IMG/VR virus record: IMGVR_UViG_3300036520_000011
Span: 1-47,637 of that record
Strand: one strand, 5' to 3'
Source: a virus
Lineage: Duplodnaviria; Caudoviricetes
DNA: 47,637 bases
Shown here: positions 43,789-47,637 of the stretch, piece by piece
Layout of the letters: every line of letters begins with the position of its first letter
Position numbering within the stretch: the first letter of the stretch is position 1
Notes under the pieces: model-generated
The model's input: only the letters and a program-made list of their open reading frames with translations
Told to the model about the DNA's origin: nothing
Databases searched by the model: none
Made by a program: the position numbers and the translations under genes

Positions 43789-44247
43789 ATGCCCGACAGC
43801 AACGAAACCCTTCTGCGCGAGGTGTTAGCCTCGGTCGCGGTCGTAACGGCTCGGCTGGAAGACCTAGCTCACCGGCAGGGTGACGCTTCCAAGGACGCCC
43901 GAGAGGCTCGTGACCTGTCCAACAGGATCGCCGCCATTCTGGAGGAGCAGAACATCGGTGCCCGGCTGGTGGAGCTGCGAACCGAGCAGCGCCAGTCGCT
44001 AGCGGAGCTGCGGGTGGACGTGGTCGCGGCGAATACGAACGTCCTCAAGAAGCTGTCCGACGAAACAGCCGAGCGTGAGGCTGCCGACGATGCGCTGTCT
44101 GAGCGCATCAAGGTCCTCGAGGCAGAGCGCAATAAGGTCGTAGGTGTCGCCACCTTCTTCGGCTGGCTCTCTCGACACGCCCCTTGGCTCCTCGCGGGCA
44201 TCGCCGCCTTCGCCGCCGGCCTCGGCTTCAAAGGCACACCCACCTAA
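43789..44247 (+). CDS. Coiled-coil protein with C-terminal TM (holin position)
   Basis: GGAG RBS; WLLAGIAAFAAGLGF; directly before the endolysin. Confidence 0.6.
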   Translation: MPDSNETLLREVLASVAVVTARLEDLAHRQGDASKDAREARDLSNRIAAILEEQNIGARLVELRTEQRQSLAELRVDVVAANTNVLKKLSDETAEREAADDALSERIKVLEAERNKVVGVATFFGWLSRHAPWLLAGIAAFAAGLGFKGTPT

Positions 44248-44261
44248 CACTGGAGGCGGCC

Positions 44262-45044
44262 ATGCGGCCTATCCCGAAGGAGGCGGAAGCCTTCATCAAG
44301 AAGCATGAGCGCTTGGTGCTGCGGGTCTACGACGACAAGCACCCCAAGCGCATCCTGCAGCCGGGCGACGAGGTCGAGGGAGTCCTCACGGCCGGCTGGG
44401 GCCACACGGGCGGGCTAGAGATCGGGCAGAAGGTGACGCGCGCCCAGGCTCAGGCCTGGTTCGACAGCGACGTGCCGGACAAGGCCATCCGGCCGCTTTA
44501 CGCGAAGCTCGGCGCCGAGCTGATCGACGAGCTGACGGACGGCCAGTACGGAGCCCTGATCTCGTTCGTCTTCAACCTGGGCACGGGCGACCCGAGGAAG
44601 CGGGAGTGGACGATCTGGAAGCGGCTGCGCGCCCGCCAGTTCGACCAGGTGCCCGTCGAGATGATGAAGTTCGTCAACTGGGACGGGAAGAAGTCCCAGG
44701 GCCTTGTGAAGCGCCGCACCGCCGAGGTCGCGCTTTGGAGTTCGAACGAGCCGGGCTCCGAGCCTAGCAATCCGCCTTCCAGCGTCACACGCCGCGAGGC
44801 TACGCCGCCAACGCCGGCCGACCCTACGCCACCCCAGAAGAGCGCGACCCTCATCACGAGCGCACTGGGCGTCACCGCCACTGTTCCTGTGGCCGCCAAG
44901 CAGGTGACCGACGCCATCGAGCCCTACAAGGACAGCTCGCCTCTCGTCGGCAACATGATCGCGATCGTGGCCACCATCGCGGCACTGGCCGCGGTCATCG
45001 TCCTCGCCCTGACCTGGATCAACAAGCGGAAGGCGAGAAGCTGA
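44262..45044 (+). CDS. Endolysin (GH24 lysozyme) with C-terminal membrane segments
   Basis: HE.L.L..YDD...TAGWGH, ALISFVFNLG, GLVKRR.AE; hydrophobic C-terminus. Confidence 0.88.
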   Translation: MRPIPKEAEAFIKKHERLVLRVYDDKHPKRILQPGDEVEGVLTAGWGHTGGLEIGQKVTRAQAQAWFDSDVPDKAIRPLYAKLGAELIDELTDGQYGALISFVFNLGTGDPRKREWTIWKRLRARQFDQVPVEMMKFVNWDGKKSQGLVKRRTAEVALWSSNEPGSEPSNPPSSVTRREATPPTPADPTPPQKSATLITSALGVTATVPVAAKQVTDAIEPYKDSSPLVGNMIAIVATIAALAAVIVLALTWINKRKARS

Positions 45045-45454
45045 TGTTCGGCCTCACACGAGCCTACCTCCTCGCAATTGCGGGCGGCGTTTCGGCGCTG
45101 GTCCTGGCGGTGTGCCCAATCGCCAGCTGGTCCGCCGGGAAGGCGCAGAAGGCGAGGGCGGAGCGCGCCGAGCAGACGCTGGAGGTGCGGACAACCGAGC
45201 TCGCCACCTGCCGAACCTCACTCGTCAACGTCACCACGTCGCTCGAGCGCCAGAACGCTGCTGTGGCGGCCCTGCAGGCCGAAACAGACGCCATTGAGGC
45301 CAGAGCCGCCCGCGCGATCGCCGCGGCCGAGAAGAAGGCCGAGCGGGCCGAGGTGCGCGCCAAGCGGATCCTGGCCGCCAAGCCCTCATCGACCGATCAG
45401 TGCAAGGCCGCTGAAGCCCTACAGAACGACGCGATCAGGAGCCGTCAGCAATGA
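45044..45454 (+). CDS. Inner-membrane spanin (Rz-like)
   Basis: N-terminal TM, coiled coil with QNAAV, C-terminal Cys. Confidence 0.75.
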   Translation: MFGLTRAYLLAIAGGVSALVLAVCPIASWSAGKAQKARAERAEQTLEVRTTELATCRTSLVNVTTSLERQNAAVAALQAETDAIEARAARAIAAAEKKAERAEVRAKRILAAKPSSTDQCKAAEALQNDAIRSRQQ

Positions 45455-45744
45455 ACCGCATCGCCATTCTCGCGGCCTTCCTGGCGCTCGGCGCCTGCGC
45501 CAAGACCCGATCGGTCGAGCCGCTCATCGTCACCAAGGAGGTCAAGGTGCCGGTGATCATCCCGTGCATCGACCCGAAGGACGTTCCGCCCCGTCCCGTC
45601 TACTCGGACGCAACTCGTGAGATCGCCATGAACATCTTCGACAAGACCCGTCTCGCAGAGGCCGGCATCGACGAGCGGCAGGCGCGGGAGACGAGGCTCG
45701 AGGCGCTGATAGATGGGTGCGTCAAGCAGCAACCGGGTAGCTGA
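45451..45744 (+). CDS. Outer-membrane spanin lipoprotein (Rz1-like)
   Basis: LALGA-C lipobox; EVKVPV..PC, Pro-rich. Confidence 0.78.
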   Translation: MNRIAILAAFLALGACAKTRSVEPLIVTKEVKVPVIIPCIDPKDVPPRPVYSDATREIAMNIFDKTRLAEAGIDERQARETRLEALIDGCVKQQPGS

Positions 45745-45799
45745 TGCGGCTCCGATGCCGCAATCGGACCGAACCTGAAAGACCTCCGGGCCCCGTTCT

Positions 45800-46168
45800 T
45801 CAGACCTTCGACATTTGCCGACCGGGCAATGGATTGCCGTCTAATCCCGCACCCGGTCCATCGGGAGCCGACCAAAGCTTCGTTGTCATCAGGTAGGCAA
45901 GAAGCCCCTCCCGAGGCGACATGACGGAGCCTGGGTCGGCACCGGCTGCCGCCTGCGCAGCGAACCCATTCGCCACTTTCCACGCATCCCAAGCGGCTTC
46001 GGACTGAGCGTGGTCCGCCTGCAATTTGGCGACGAATTCAGGGTCTTTCCCCTTTATTTTCATTTGCTCTTCGGTCAGCGGGGTCACTGGACCGGAAGGT
46101 GTGTTGCCGATTAAAGCCCGCGCCGCGCGCAAATCCGGCAAGCCGGCGAGGCCTGTAATTGAAGTCAT
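45800..46168 (-). CDS. Hypothetical protein
   Basis: GAGGTGAGG RBS before the ATG at 46168. Confidence 0.55.
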   Translation of the reverse strand: MTSITGLAGLPDLRAARALIGNTPSGPVTPLTEEQMKIKGKDPEFVAKLQADHAQSEAAWDAWKVANGFAAQAAAGADPGSVMSPREGLLAYLMTTKLWSAPDGPGAGLDGNPLPGRQMSKV

Positions 46169-46365
46169 GGTCCTCACCTCCTCCCATTTTTCGAGCAAAG
46201 GTTGTGCCACAGTCCCGCCTACACGGCTCAATCTGGCCTCGACTCCTTTCAGGTTGAAGTCGGCATCGCTCTAGTTGTGACGCATAAAGTTGCGCGACAA
46301 AGACTGATTCTTTGCGTGTCAAGACTCTGGAACGGGGCCGCTCGACTCTCGTTCGACTCGCCGCC

Positions 46366-46725
46366 ATGGGCTTCATCAGCACAGACCCAATGAAGGCGCG
46401 GCTTCAGCGAATGCTGGAGAAACAGCGCCCGAGGCCGCCACGGCTCCGCTCGAGCGACCTGTTCGTGCGGCGGCCTGCGCCCGGCGATCCTCTCGAAGAT
46501 CGCCTCGCGGCCCTCTATGCGAGCGAGATCAACGTCAGCCTTAAGTGCTTGTGGGATGGCGGGTGGACCGTCGAGCTGGGCGGCCCATATCGGCCGGCCG
46601 CACGCCGTGACTTCGACGCCGGAGAGATAGGCGACATCTCTTCCTGGCTGCACGAAGCGGTCATGGCGCAGCTACCCAAGAGCGCCTACGCGGCCGCCGC
46701 GCGAGGCGAGGCCAGGCAGCACTAG
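46366..46725 (+). CDS. Hypothetical protein
   Basis: LYASEIN.S....WDGGW.V.LG; abuts the ligase gene. Confidence 0.6.
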   Translation: MGFISTDPMKARLQRMLEKQRPRPPRLRSSDLFVRRPAPGDPLEDRLAALYASEINVSLKCLWDGGWTVELGGPYRPAARRDFDAGEIGDISSWLHEAVMAQLPKSAYAAAARGEARQH

Positions 46726-47637
46726 GTGGCGGCAAACTTCCTCCCGTTCATGCATCCCAAGTTGGGCGCTCGTCCGCCCGGTGGCGCCGACTGGATCCAC
46801 GAGATCAAACACGACGGCTACCGCATGCAGCTGCACGTCGGGCCTGAGGGCGCGACTTGGTTCACGCGCAACGGCCATGACTGGTCGGCGAAGCTGGCGG
46901 CCTTCACCGAGGCGTCAGGCGCCGAGGACCTGCCCGACTGTGTGCTGGACGGCGAGCTTGTGGCAGTCGATGACGAAGGCCGCTCCAACTTCTCCGCCCT
47001 TCGCTCAGCGATCGGCCGCGGCGACGTCGAGCACCTGGTGTTCTGGGCGTTCGACTGCCTGGCGTTCCTTGGCCGGGACATGCGCGGCCTGTCGCTGGAG
47101 GCGCGCAAGGACGCGCTGGGCGAGGTCCTGTTCCCCTGTGGCCCGTCCTGTGAGCGGATCCGCTTCGTTGAGCCCGTGCCGGCCACCGACGCTCGCGCCC
47201 TGCTGAAGGCGGCCTGTGCCACAGAGCTCGAGGGGATTGTCTCCAAGCGGCTGGACGCGCCCTACGTCGGCGGGAGGGCCGACGCGTGGGTGAAGGCGAA
47301 GTGCCGACCGAGCGAGACGGTTGTAATCGGCGGCGTAGAGGCTGAGGGCGCGGTCCGCCTAGGCGCCCTGCTCGTAGGCGTGCGCGAGGCGGACGGCTCG
47401 CTGCGCTACGTCGGCAGGGTCAAGACCGGCTTCGGACACAACGCCGAGCCGCTGATCAAGGCGCTGCGCCGGCGGGAGCGAGCGGCGTCACCCTTCGCCA
47501 AGGACGCGCCGCGCAAGACTTCATCGATCCGCTGGGTGGAACCCGACCTGCAAGCTGAGGTCGAGATCGCCGAGTGGACCTCCAGCGGCAGGCTGCGGCA
47601 GGCCAGCTTCAAGGGGCTGCGGGAGGATCTCGCCTAA
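46726..47637 (+). CDS. ATP-dependent DNA ligase (stand-alone LigD-type ligase domain)
   Basis: EIKHDGYR adenylation motif, LDGE, FD, EGIVSK, W.K.K and an OB-fold C-terminus. Confidence 0.92.
   Translation: MAANFLPFMHPKLGARPPGGADWIHEIKHDGYRMQLHVGPEGATWFTRNGHDWSAKLAAFTEASGAEDLPDCVLDGELVAVDDEGRSNFSALRSAIGRGDVEHLVFWAFDCLAFLGRDMRGLSLEARKDALGEVLFPCGPSCERIRFVEPVPATDARALLKAACATELEGIVSKRLDAPYVGGRADAWVKAKCRPSETVVIGGVEAEGAVRLGALLVGVREADGSLRYVGRVKTGFGHNAEPLIKALRRRERAASPFAKDAPRKTSSIRWVEPDLQAEVEIAEWTSSGRLRQASFKGLREDLA

Noticed and set aside
1-47637. attL/attR core repeats, tRNA target, CRISPR array, reverse transcriptase (DGR/retron), transposase
   Set aside because: None was recognised by eye; the prophage ends may lie outside the window.

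Overview
The window is a nearly complete temperate siphovirus-like prophage in a high-GC alphaproteobacterium; a Caulobacteraceae-like host is an inference from a GapR-like gene, GANTC-rich promoters and many -AA C-termini. Gene order is: small peptide and HNH gene, tyrosine integrase/xis, a leftward early operon (ASCH-like, RecT/RecE-like), a cI/cro switch with repeated operators, a rightward early operon (GapR-like, VRR-NUC, DNA MTase, replication, nuclease, late regulator), Zn-phospholipase C cargo, packaging and head genes (including a MuF-ADP-ribosyltransferase), tail genes (with a -1 frameshift chaperone), further cargo, a second fibre module, lysis genes and a LigD-type ligase domain. 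The most unusual signal is in the early operons. Four membrane-anchored accessory genes, and possibly a fifth small gene, are inserted antisense inside the operons. Each is spanned, fully or nearly so, on the operon strand by an uninterrupted 'bridge' ORF. The bridge starts on the upstream gene's stop codon and ends on, or runs in frame into, the downstream gene's start, so ribosome coupling would be preserved across the insert. Other candidates are structured RNAs before the scaffold and lysis genes, two lipase-like cargo genes and a small putative MuF immunity peptide. No att sites, tRNA or CRISPR were found. All family assignments come from motif recognition by eye, not database searches.
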